A DNA stretch of 64,000 nucleotides, from assembly GCA_951406725.2 (NCBI GenBank), contig OX597814.1, forward strand, positions 203,732,001 to 203,796,000. Reading direction: 5' to 3'. The DNA is from Octopus vulgaris. Its lineage: Eukaryota. A model generated the notes under the pieces. The model had not been told where the DNA came from and made no database searches. It saw only the letters and a list, made by a program, of their open reading frames with translations. The position numbers were made by a program, and so were the translations under genes. Shown piece after piece: positions 38,886 through 50,600 of this stretch. The number at the start of each line of letters is the position of its first letter. The stretch's first letter is position 1.

Positions 38886-40209
38886 GTAAGTCAGAGTTGT
38901 TTGCTATATGTTATAGAATGTCCTTATATGGCCAAAACATTGCCCTACATATAAGTGAAGCAGTAATCCAGTCCATAGAAACCAGATCAAATTCAGACTG
39001 GAACCTGGTGTAGCTCTCTGGCTTACCAGTTCCAGTCAAACCATCTAACCCATGCCAGCATGGAAAGCAGATGTTAAATCATGCTGACGATAATGTAGGT
39101 GTGTTGCACTGATTTTAATCCAAGAAGAACATCAGAAAATAATGTTAGTCAATAAGGAGAAAAGTTTTTCAGTATCTCTTTCAAGACACAACAGGATGTA
39201 TTGAAACTTCCAGTATCTATTGGCAGAAGAGTCCACATCCTCATAACCATAGTTTTATATCTATATCATTTCCTATAGTTATTTACCACTTTTATATTGG
39301 TTAAAGACTGAAATGGCTATTAGAAAGTAATTGAAGGATGTTTGTGAAGAAAGGAGGATGTTTTTGTGATATTTTTGTCGAGCCAGTTGGATATTGTTCC
39401 AGCTGTGATCATGCTGTCTTATTTTCATATATAATGTATCTAGGATTATATTATTTTATTAGTTTAAGCAGCTGCAAAGGGGCTCCTTTATTTTAATAAT
39501 ATATACATTCCTTTGTTGGTAGCTACTCTACATTATGTTATTGCACATATACACTTCTAAAAGGATTCTTAGCAATAACTCAAGTAGAATTTTGTTATTG
39601 TTGAACATGTGTGTGGATGAAGGTTATGGTTAGGAGTTTAATTAGTTTTGTGTGTGCCGGTTTCTTAACCCTTTTATTATCATTTTTCTGCTGAAATAAA
39701 CTTAATCTGTTTTGATTAATTTTGAAAACAAGGAAGTTATTAAAATAACATTGTCATTAGTAAGCTGGTGTTTGGATCACAGATCAACATGAAATTTTGA
39801 TGGAAGATTTTGATTTAAATGACTTTAAAATAGTTTGTATCACAGAACCAGGAACCTAGGTGGGTTAGTATCAAAAGTATTGAACCCAAGAAATTCTACA
39901 GTTAATAAACTAATATTGTCTTTTATACAAACAACTATTTGTTAGTGGAGAGAAAGTGAAGAAGCCAGTAATTTTAAAATTTAGCATTTTTTCTTCACCT
40001 TGTGCTTGAGAATTTGATAACATAGTGGAGTTTTTATTTCCCAATAAGCACAGACATGACTCTGTAGTTGAGAAGCTTGCTTTCCAACCATGTCATCTTT
40101 GGTTCAGTCCCACTGCATGGCACCTTCTGCTATAGTCCTGGGCTGATCAAAGGCTTGTGAGTGGATTTGGTAGGCAGAAACTGAAAGCAGCCTATCATAT
40201 CTGTGCATG

Positions 40210-40240
<31 letters not shown>

Positions 40241-43200
40241 TTGTTAGAAAGAGAGAGAGAGAGATAGTGAAGCATAAGCTTCTGCAGGATTTCCATTTAC
40301 TGAAGTTCACTCTCAAGGCATTGGTCACCATAAGGTTAAGTATGATAGCAGGCAATACACCCAAGGTGTCACAAAATAAAATCAAGCTGAGACCCAGTTG
40401 GTCGCATGGCACACTTCCACCTATATACACATTATTGAATACTAATATAATATTATGGTAATATTAGTGCTATTATTAGTGCTATTGTTGCTTGTTCTAA
40501 AGTTACTAGTAACTTAACAATAATTATTGTTAGTGTTTATAAAGTCTATTCTGCTTATTCTAAACTTATTAACTGCATAACAGCTGTTATTGTTGGCATA
40601 TTTTCAGTTCTGTTGTTCAGTAGTTTAAGTATTTTGTTCATTTAATGTCAACTTTTTTATGCTAGCTTAGGTTGGACTGGGGTGTATTTGAAGAAGGATT
40701 TTTATGGTTGGATGCCCTTCCTGCTGTCAAGTAAGGAATCTTTTTATGCCACAGGTCTTCAAAAGTTTAAGTCATAATGACAAAAAGAAATGCCAACATC
40801 AAATCAGTTTTGCTCCAGTGAAGCTGTGGAATTCATCAACATTCACACACATTTACATGTGATCTCATGCACACACACAAACACATACAACGGGCTAAAA
40901 ATTTCCGTCTACCAAATTCACTGACAAGGTTTTGGCAGGCCCAGGACTACAGAAGACACTTGCTCAGGGTATCACACAAAGGGATTGAACCTGAAGCCAT
41001 TTCCTTGTGAAGTGAAATTCTTAACAACATAGCCATTGCTGTGTTTATATTTGTTAGTATTAGGACAATGTTAATGAAGTGTTTGTTCTATTAGTAATCA
41101 GTAATATCCTAAATAGATTATCATGAATGTCATTTTAATTAGATATTTGTCACTAATTATAACAGTATATATAGCTTTGTTATAATACAGAGTTATTAAT
41201 TCATTGCAAGTCTTATTTAATGTTGCTCTTATTTGTGTAGATTCCAACCAATGTTTGGATTTATGTCTTATCTCTTTGTTGCAGAGTATTTCTTACAAAA
41301 TGTTTAGGAAAAGACACCAGCCACAGAACCTGTTCCCCCACTCCCAGCCATGTTCTGTATTGAATCCAAATGTACAGCACTTTACGCATGTGCCTTCTAT
41401 GTAAAGGCTTAGGTAGACCCAAGCCTTATGATTGGGTTGACAGAAACTGCATGGAAACTTGTTGGTTGTCCTTTATATTGCTTTTGGTTGGTAAATTTAG
41501 TCATTGCCCAGTTTAATGGTTCTTGCTACACAAATCAAATTTCTTGATATCTAAGACCCTTCTGCTAATTCCAGAAGTTCTGCAAAAATGTCAAACCCAT
41601 TTCCCTTTTGTTCTAACTATACCATATATTAAAAAAAAAGTCTAATTGGTGCAGGCATGGCTGTATGGAACCACATAGTTTCAGGCTCAGTCCCACTGCA
41701 CAGCACCTTAGGCAAGTGCCTTCTGTTAAAGTTTCAGGCCAACCAATACCTTGAGAGTCAATTTGGTAGATGGAAACTGTGAAGAAATTCAGTGTGTGTG
41801 TGTGTGTGTATGTGTACACATACTCTTACATACATGTGCATATGCATGTGTGTGTTTTTGTGCTTGCATTGCATTTGTCTCCCACCACTGCTTAACAACT
41901 GGTGTTTATGTTCCTGTGACTTAGCAGTTTGGCAAAGGAGGCCAATAGAACAAGTATCAGAATAAAAAAATAAGTCTTGGAGTCAATTTATTTGACCAAG
42001 CTCTTAAAGGCAATGCCCCAGCATGGCCACAGTCCAATGACTGAAGCAAACTGTAAAAGGAAACGGTGATAGTTATGAAATCGTCAGAAGAGCTTCTTTA
42101 CCCATGAGAAATAAGTTTCTCTGTATTATTGAAAGTACATTTGTGCATGCAGAGTCTAGGAACATGTGGTCAAGAATAGCTGGTCAGTGTGGAGATGAGG
42201 GATGCTACCTGTTTGTGAATAAAACATTGTAATATGAGTAGGCAACTAGTATCACCTTTCAAGCAGTAAATACTACTGTTCATCCTTCTGCTTTAATTCA
42301 CGATGAAACATGGTTTTTAATGTTAATGAATTGTTTTTGTAACAAATATAAACAATTAGTAAAGTTCATTGCTTTGTCTTATATTTATTACTGTTCTTGT
42401 AGATTTTTTCAGTTTGTGTAATTAATCCAAATGAATTTAAAATTGCTTAAAAATTATGATTAAAGAAAATATGCTGATTGATAGCTAATCCCCAAGAGGA
42501 TATGGTTGTGTTGTTATATTTAGCATATCCTTTGTGAAATCCATATTATGCAAGTAAAGAGGATCAACAGTCATTTATAATTCAAAATAACACAACTGCT
42601 GACCATCAGTGTTAATCCTCTAAACACATTGTGTAGTTCAATACAAGGCTTTTTTGGTTTGTTTTAAAATGTCAATCTTGCTGATAAAGTGAATGTTAAA
42701 ATTGTGTATTTGTAGGTTTCCTTGCTTTTTTTTTTGTTTGGGGGGGGGGGGTGTCTGGTTTCTCGTTAATGGAAGCGAAATTTGTTTTTTTTAGACTAGA
42801 AGCAGTGCTCTTTCATTGGAATATAGACATCAACAGGGTAGTCATATAGATATGTATGTATGTGTGTATTTATGTATGCATGCACATGTATGTACACATG
42901 TATACATACATATACATGTATGTGTGTATATACGCTCATTGATGTTATAGCAAATATGAATTTTATTTTATCTTAAACTTCTGAATGTTTCAACCCTTTA
43001 GCATTCAAATTGGCCATATCAATCCCAAGTATTTTACCTATTTTGTGTTCAAACTGACCCAATAAGGTGTCATACACCTACCCTGCATTGCCATTCTAAA
43101 AATAAACAAACACATCAAGATCTCGATGTTACAAGATAATGTATGATTAATTCAAAATATTGTGAATAAATAAGCATTACATTTGACAGATAATATGAAT

Positions 43201-43571
43201 TCTAAATGGTTAAATATCTTAACTGTGCCTCTGATAGCATGTAACAGTTATATTTTAATTAGAAATATTCTTCTTGGTTTTGTGAAGCCCAGATTCTCAA
43301 CATGGCTACTGAAGTTATTAGTCACATAACTAAGTGCTCTAATAATTATTAGTAAAAATCTAAACCTATAGCCTGGATGAAGGTAACTATAGAGATCTCA
43401 TTGTCTGTCTGTCTGTCAGTCTTTCTTTAGCCATCTCCTTTTTCAGTAATTGTACTCATATTGCTCGTGTTCTATTTTTTTATATTTTAGTTTATCTAAA
43501 TATTCTTCTTCTGGAATCTTCCCTTCAGTACATTTTGACTTTGATGGTTATTAACTTTCATGTGATTTCAG

Positions 43572-43651
43572 TTTAACAAATCAAGTGGTAGCTCTTAAAG
43601 AAATCCGGTTGCAACAAGAAGAAGGAACTCCTTTTACAGCCATTCGAGAAG
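43572..43651 (+). CDS. CDK14: CDK14 kinase exon with VALK and PFTAIRE helix (LTNQVVALKEIRLQQEEGTPFTAIRE)
   Basis: TTTCAG acceptor, G|GTAAGT donor. Diagnostic EEGTPFTAIRE motif. Confidence 0.98.
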
Positions 43652-44030
43652 GTAAGTAAGATATTGATGGCTTAGTGTTACTGATGTCTATATAAAGAAT
43701 ATGACACCAAGGTAGAAATATATAGACTTTGTGTGTGAATACTAAATTTTTCTTATCAACTGATATTGTGAATGTAAAATAATTTGATACATTTAAAGGT
43801 TGGAGAAATTTTTTTTTATATATTTGATTATTCTATCTAAAAGTTTTTTTTTTAAAGCTAACAATACATTGTGAAATTTATTCAGTACCTAAGCTGGTCT
43901 AAGATCTGTTGTTAAAATTTGGTTTGAAGTATTCTTCTCTGTTGTTAAGCAATGTAGTTTTTCATATTTGAGATGAAGTGTCAACTTGATTAAACCTTAA
44001 TTTATTTGTTTTATATTTTTCTCTCTCCAG

Positions 44031-44125
44031 CTTCATTATTAAAGGTCCTTAAACATGCAAACATTGTCACATTGCATGATATAATCCGTACAGATGAAAC
44101 ATTAACATTTGTTTTTGAATATGTT
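44031..44125 (+). CDS. CDK14: CDK14 kinase exon ([32 protein letters not shown])
   Basis: CTCCAG acceptor, GTGAGT donor. LKHANIV and VFEY CDK motifs; phase continuous. Confidence 0.97.
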
Positions 44126-45033
44126 GTGAGTATTTAGTCAATATTTGTTCACTCTTTTTTGTTTTTACAATTATTTCATTTTTTGGTGAGAGGGATTATT
44201 TCCTGCTATCGTAATAAACTAAATATCATCTTTTTGTTATTCTTTTTCCAATTTTTCAATTTCTTACTATTTAGCAATACCCTCAAAACTGAGCATTATT
44301 ATTAGACTGTTTCTCTTAACAGTTTGATACCAACCCGGCTGAGACTGCCCCTGGGTCTATGAAACAAACTTCTTGTTTCAAAGAGATCTAAATTAAAACC
44401 TACCATCAAAATGTTTTTTAATCTATGATCCAAATATCAGCTTAACAAGGACAGTTACTTTACTAAATTCTTCAATATTTTCAAAATTAACTGAAATAAA
44501 AGTAGTGGATTTCACGAAAAATATGACAAAAGGGTTAATCCACAATATAAATGTGTGTATATATAAGTCCAGTTGGTTACTGGACTAATATATACATACA
44601 AGCATACATACACACACGTGTACATACATTTAAACATGCATTCATATGTTCATATTTATGCTGGCAACAGCAGAATTTTAACAACTGTTTTTTGATAGTG
44701 GCTTTTATTGGACAGTTCCGCTGGCTAGCATAACCCTTTGTGTAATTTGGAGTGCTTAATTTTTGAGTTAAAGTGTTGGTATTAAGAATTACTACCAAGT
44801 TTTAGATGATCAAAAATTATAAAGAAGACATTTTTAAATGACTCTTCTGATTGATATGTAAAATTCTATGGCAACCATTTATAACAACATAAAATCTTTC
44901 AAAATGTCATCTAATTTTTATGACCTACATTAAAAATGTCATGTATTTGACAATCATATTTTTGTGTTTTGGTTTCTCTAAGAAAGTTTCCATTTTATGA
45001 AAGCTGCTATCCATTTTTTCATCCCAATTTCAG

Positions 45034-45096
45034 CATACAGATTTGAGTCAGTATTTAGAAAAACACACCGGTGGATTAAATGCATTTAATGTTAAG
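45034..45096 (+). CDS. CDK14: CDK14 kinase exon (HTDLSQYLEKHTGGLNAFNVK)
   Basis: TTTCAG acceptor, AAG|GTAAAA donor; 63 nt, phase 0/0. Confidence 0.95.
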
Positions 45097-45668
45097 GTAA
45101 AACTCTTTCTTGTAATTTATCCATAATGTTTTGTTTTCTTTTGTTTTTGATTTTGTATTTCTGAATTTGACATATTCTGAATGCTTAAATGTCTTATAGA
45201 AATATTTTTTAGAGCATCATAGATGTGTAGGTACAGAGTTCAGTTTTTAATTAAATGGTTTTGAGTTCTGTCTCACTTCTACTGTAGCCTTAAGCTGATC
45301 AATACCATGTGAATAGAATTATTGGGTGGAAAATGTATAACACATCATCTATGTATATATATATATCCAAATGTGGCTGATGGCAGTACCCCCTGACTGG
45401 CCCCCGTGCTGGTGGCACGTAAAAAGCACCCACTACATTCTCGGAGTGGTTGGCATTAGGAAGGGCATCCAGCAGTAGAAATATATTTCCAGATCAGATT
45501 GGAGCCTGATGCAGCCTTCTGGCTCGCCAGACCTCAGTCAAACAGTCCCACCCATGCCAGCATGAAAAACAGATGTTAAACGATGATGAGGATGATATAT
45601 AGCAAATAAGTAACAAGGATGTCAAGATATTGACATTCTTGTTAGTTATTTGCTTTCTATTCACCCTA

Positions 45669-47343
45669 CACTTGCGTCGGAAATTAATTAGCACTTCTCA
45701 AATTTCTACATTTTCTTACATTTTCTTAATTTAATTAACTTATTATCAGAAACAAACTCGTTTTTAATCAAAAATTTATTAAAACATATCCCAGCACACC
45801 ACATAATTGTTATTAATCGTGAAATTTAGTCAATATCTTGTTGCTCCTCCTTTGCCAGCAATGACAGCTGCTACGCGGGTCGGCATGCTGTCTATGAGTG
45901 CCTGCAGGTACTGTGCAGGGATGGCCCTCCATGCAGCAAGAAGTGCCCCAAACAGCTCGTGTCGGTTCCTGTATTGCTGCGCATTCAAATCCCTACCCAA
46001 TCGACTCCAGAAGTTCTCAATAGGGTTCAGGTCAGGTCATGGTCCTTGAAGAAACCGGTTGTGAGCTTGGCTGTGTGGGAAGGCGCGTTGTCCTGCTGGA
46101 GCACGTACTCCTCGCCACCAAAGAGGTATCCCGTACTATCTCAATGTACTTTGCTGCGTTGATGTTGCCTTCGACGGCATAGAGCCGCCCAACACCACTG
46201 TAGCTGAACGCCCCTCACACCATCAGACCACCCCACCATGCTTCATGGTGGGAGCAATGCAGTCTTTGTTGAAGCGCTCACCCCGGCGGCGTCGCACATG
46301 GACAGGCTTGTCACTGATGAGACTGAATCGCGACTCGTCAGTGAACATCACTGTCCGCCACTGCTGCACGGTCCATGTCTTGTGGGCACGGGCCCAGAGC
46401 AGCTGCCTCTTCCAGTTTTGGGCTGTAAGGAGTGGCTTACGGGCGGCCCTACAGGATTTTAGACCAGCTTCCAGTAATCTGGTCTTGACGGTGGTTGTAG
46501 ACAACTGCTTCCCTGTCATCTTTTGCATCTCCTCTGCCAGTTGCCGGCTCGCCCTTCGGTTGTACAGTGACTTTCGGACCAGCATCCGGTCCTCCCGCTG
46601 GGTCGTCAGCCTCTTCCATCCCCTACCCTTTTTGTCAGCTGCTGATCCGGTTTCCTCGTATTTCTTAAATAAGCACTGAATTGTGCGCCTGGCTACACCA
46701 AGTTTTCTGGCTATTGCAGCCTCCGACAGCTTCCCACGCCACGAGAGAGCCTCGTACCGTCTCTCCAAGGTCATGCGAGGTCTTGGGCCCATCTAGGAAT
46801 GTACAATAAAAACCAGTTATTTTCATTAAAACTGTTCATTTGAATAATGTTATGCTATAACAAAACTGCTATGAGTTATTATTCATTAAACAAAAAGAAA
46901 GAAAGCAGAATTTCTCACCTTATTTGATGTATAACTGAAAGTTTTGTGAACCGGAAGTGACATCACCAAGCAGAGTGTAGGAGAATTTGCGAGGAAAAAA
47001 AATCTTGCAAATACACAAATCAATTAACCTACGAGCTGTTCAAAACGTCTTACACGATGAGAAAACTTAGTACGGTGTGATTTCGGTCCTTGCGAGGCGC
47101 TACCTATATCTATTAAACTAAGGAAGATTTGTCTGCATCTGCACTCCAAGTTGTTGTTGCACTGCTATGTCAACATCATTAGGCTGTAGAATCTCAAACT
47201 GCTCTGCAAACAAAGTTACGTCATCGTTCTGCGCAACAGTGAACTCGCAACAATACAATAGTTCGAGATATGGCCACTAGGTGACAGCAAATACCTTGAG
47301 TGAAGAGTAAATCAAGGGTGCTAATTAATTTCTGACGGTAGTC
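45669..47343 (-). mobile_element. Tc1 (DD34E-type) DNA transposon, near full length
   Basis: 26-bp TIRs at 45669-45694 and 47318-47343 (22/26 match, core GAAATTAATTAGCAC), TA at the left end, transposase inside. Confidence 0.93.
45830..46792 (-). pseudogene. Tc1 transposase pseudogene
   Basis: Intact 189-aa N-terminal part (paired-like HTH, ARKPLLT, W..VMFTDESRF). Then a frameshift at HGGG, a Trp-to-stop change, QQDNAPSHTA, loss of the WP..SP segment before DLNPIEN, and a C-terminus SMPTRVAAVIAGKGGATRY*. Confidence 0.93.
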
Positions 47344-47415
47344 TGTGCGGATAATACCAGACTAACTTGGTGCTTCAACTTAAGTACCTAATTCAACTGA
47401 ATCTTAATTATTTCT

Positions 47416-47457
<42 letters not shown>

Positions 47458-47458
<1 letters not shown>

Positions 47459-47632
47459 TTTATTTAAAGCAGCAGAAAATTCAACAAAACCTGTTACTCT
47501 AACGGCAACGGGAAACTCAGAGTAACAGGTTTTGTTGAATTTTCTGCTGCTTTAAATAAAGCATATTACTCTACCACTGGTATTTGAGTACTCTTTTTTC
47601 CACCTTGTTTCACATTTATGTGTTTACTCCGG
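47458..47632 (+). mobile_element. Penelope-like terminal-repeat remnant: perfect 43-bp inverted repeat with partial hammerhead-like motif, within (TA)n
   Basis: 47458-47500 is the exact reverse complement of 47519-47561. Loop and arm read ACG-GCAA-CGG-GAAAC-TCAGA-GTA-ACAG. The Penelope assignment is inferred from this architecture. Confidence 0.6.
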
Positions 47633-50600
47633 TATATATATATAATGTATGCATGTGCGTATCTGAATATTTACATGCTGTATCTTTAAAAGCATTTGAA
47701 CAACAGAAAACAGTGATTTTATATTGATATTTCCTACCAATAAGTCATCTTCTATCTCTGCACTTTTGATAACGAGTGAAATGAAAATTTCCTTGCTTGA
47801 AAAACATCCAATGGTTAGTGATAAGAAAGTCTTATTGCTGTAAAATAATGCCTCTTTGTATTCACCCAATTCATGGTAGCATGGAAAAACAGACGTAAAC
47901 AAATGTGACAAATGAATAAGAGATAATCTTTCTTATTAAAAGTCCTTCAGGTTGTTGTGAAAGGATTGATGGAAGCATAGCTGCAACATGAACACTCTTT
48001 TCTTGATCCCACCCCTCTTTGTCCATTAAGGAGAACGTCTTACCATCACTGACTGATTTATATTCAATTGACTTCTGAGCAGTTGGAATGAATTGGGTCT
48101 TTATCTGGGATTATTCCAGAACATGGTCACACACACGCACTCTCTCACTCCCTCCCTCTTTATGGTGGGACAACAGCGAGAAATGTACATGATTGCATTA
48201 ATTGTGTAGAATTGTGGAACTTTGGTATGGAATTCATACTGGTGACATATGAACTTTTATGTGAACCAGTGAGGTAGTTGGTACATAGTTACTTGACTGG
48301 CTAGAAATAGGGGTTAAATTATCTCCAGTTACATCTATATAAAGACAGAGGAAGAACACATTGAACATGTGGTCTCAGATATACAAAAAGATGGAATGGT
48401 CATGGCAGGAACAGCTTCAATCATAAACTTACTTGATCAGGTTTAACCTGGGACTAAACAACAATAAATTTGATGGATGACAGAAGTAATTGATACATAC
48501 TGAGATGATCAAGCAATGACATTTCATTTATTTGTATGTGTTTTGTGGTTTGTCAAAGGAGAAGCGAAGCCAAATAAATTGCAATTTGTGGTCATATTAA
48601 ACTGTAAGATAAGGATAACTGAGTGAGGTTGATTGGGGTCAATATTGAGTTTGAACTTGTGAACATTGGTGGTAGAGGTGTTCATGATATGTGGTGTAGT
48701 TTGATGGAGTTGTTCTGTTTCTGAAATGTTAAATGCAATCTCTTTGACTGAACAGATATCTTCTATTATAGCAGGCATGGCTGCATGCTTAAATAGCTTG
48801 CTACCCAACTACATGGTTTTGAGTTCAGGCCAACTGCTTAGCACTTTGGGCAAGTGTCTTCTTTTATAGCCTTGGGCTGACCAAACCCTAGTAAATGGAT
48901 TTGGTTCACAGAAAGCGAAAGAGGCTCATTTTATGGGTGTATGTGTGAGCATGTATATGTGTGTGTGTGTGTGAAAGTGTATATTTGTCTCCTCATGTCA
49001 TCACATGACAGTCGTAAATGAGTGTCACTGTCATACAAGCAGTATCATTCATTTCCAGTATTCTGCAAAAACATGCCTAGCCATGGGAGAATATTGCCTT
49101 GTTTGGAAACAGGTGAGAGTTAGTAACAGGAAGGGCATCTGACCGTAGAAAATCTCCCTACTCCATCCAGTCTTTGCAATCAGGGGAAAGTGGATTTTAA
49201 AATGAGGATCATCATCATAGCCTGATGCCAGCCAAAGCCTAGTTTAGTTAACAGAAACTCTGTGTACACACACACATTCTCTCTCTTTCTCCATGCAACC
49301 ATAGGAAAAGACATAAAATGATTGCAAGAATACATCAGTGAAGGCTTTAGTTCCATCCCTCTATATTCCTATCATCTCCGACTTTTTCCCTTTGAGTCAA
49401 AGTACTGGGTTCGATGTATTCAACAGAAAGATGGTGTCCCTTCATGGTTGTAGTCTGATGATTGAAACCATAAAAAAATTTTTATGTTTTTAACCTATAT
49501 CTAATTTTTTTTTTTTTCTGTTAATGAACTATAAACTATAGTATACAAATAAGTTTTGTTATCCATTTAGCAATGACCTTTAAAGGAAGAAAAATAAAGC
49601 AATTTCACAAGAAGCTTCTCAAGCTTCTAGTAAATATGTAAGGTTTCACTAAATATCTGAGAGTTGGCAGGGATAGCAATTCTGCTGATCCAGTCAGATT
49701 TTATTTAAAAACAAAATCAATGCATCTCCATCAGTTTCCTTCATCAGACACAGTATCTCAGTTCCACTACCATCCTCTGTAATTCTAGTCAACAGAGAAT
49801 TCGTAGTGTTTATCTTCCATTAGATCTGATCACATAATTCTGACCTCATTATTTCAGATTTTAGTTACAAATCTAAAGTTTCACCTATTAACTTATTTTC
49901 TAAGATTGCATTAAACTGGTTTTCTATTTCTATTGGAAATTGTGGTGCTTAATGCTGAGAAGTCTGGTGATCAATTTAAGACATCTCCTATTTCACAGGA
50001 TATTTGGTGCAAGATATACTAGTCAGTCATAGAAATATTTCTTCTCAAAACTTAGCTTTCCAAACTGTTGATAGTTTGTCGACTTCCTTAACATTAATGT
50101 AAATAACAGTGAAAATATTAGTAGAAGGTTTCATTTCAAAATAATTATGGATTTGTTAAATGTCTTGATCTGAGACTGTGATGAAACTGGAGCAACAACA
50201 TCATAAAAGAGCCACTTAATAGCACACAATTGTGACCAGGTCAGTGACACAGTTCAATATAGAACTATGAAATAAAGTTAGATTTCAAATGAATTTAACA
50301 GTTTTGTGTGTTATTAAATGGTTCTTCCATGACGTAGTTGCTTTTAAAAATAAGATATTGTTATATCCTCATCACCATCACTATCATGTTTGCTTTCCAT
50401 GCTGGTATGAGTTTAATGGGTTGCTGTAGTCCAAGTCTGTTCACTATTCAGCATTACTACCCTCATAACAGGTTGTCTCATTTGTGCTTTTTTAAAATTC
50501 TTATGGTTTCTATGGTAGGATGCCCTTCTTTACACCAACCAATTTACAGAATATATTTGGTTACATTATCATTATTAGTATCAGCATTAGTGAGGTTGCC

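Noticed and set aside
46314-46345. CTGATGA motif as a possible hammerhead core (also at about 4711, 25520, 30414, 36912, 53751)
   Set aside because: I found no stem II plus GAAA arrangement downstream; these are chance matches.
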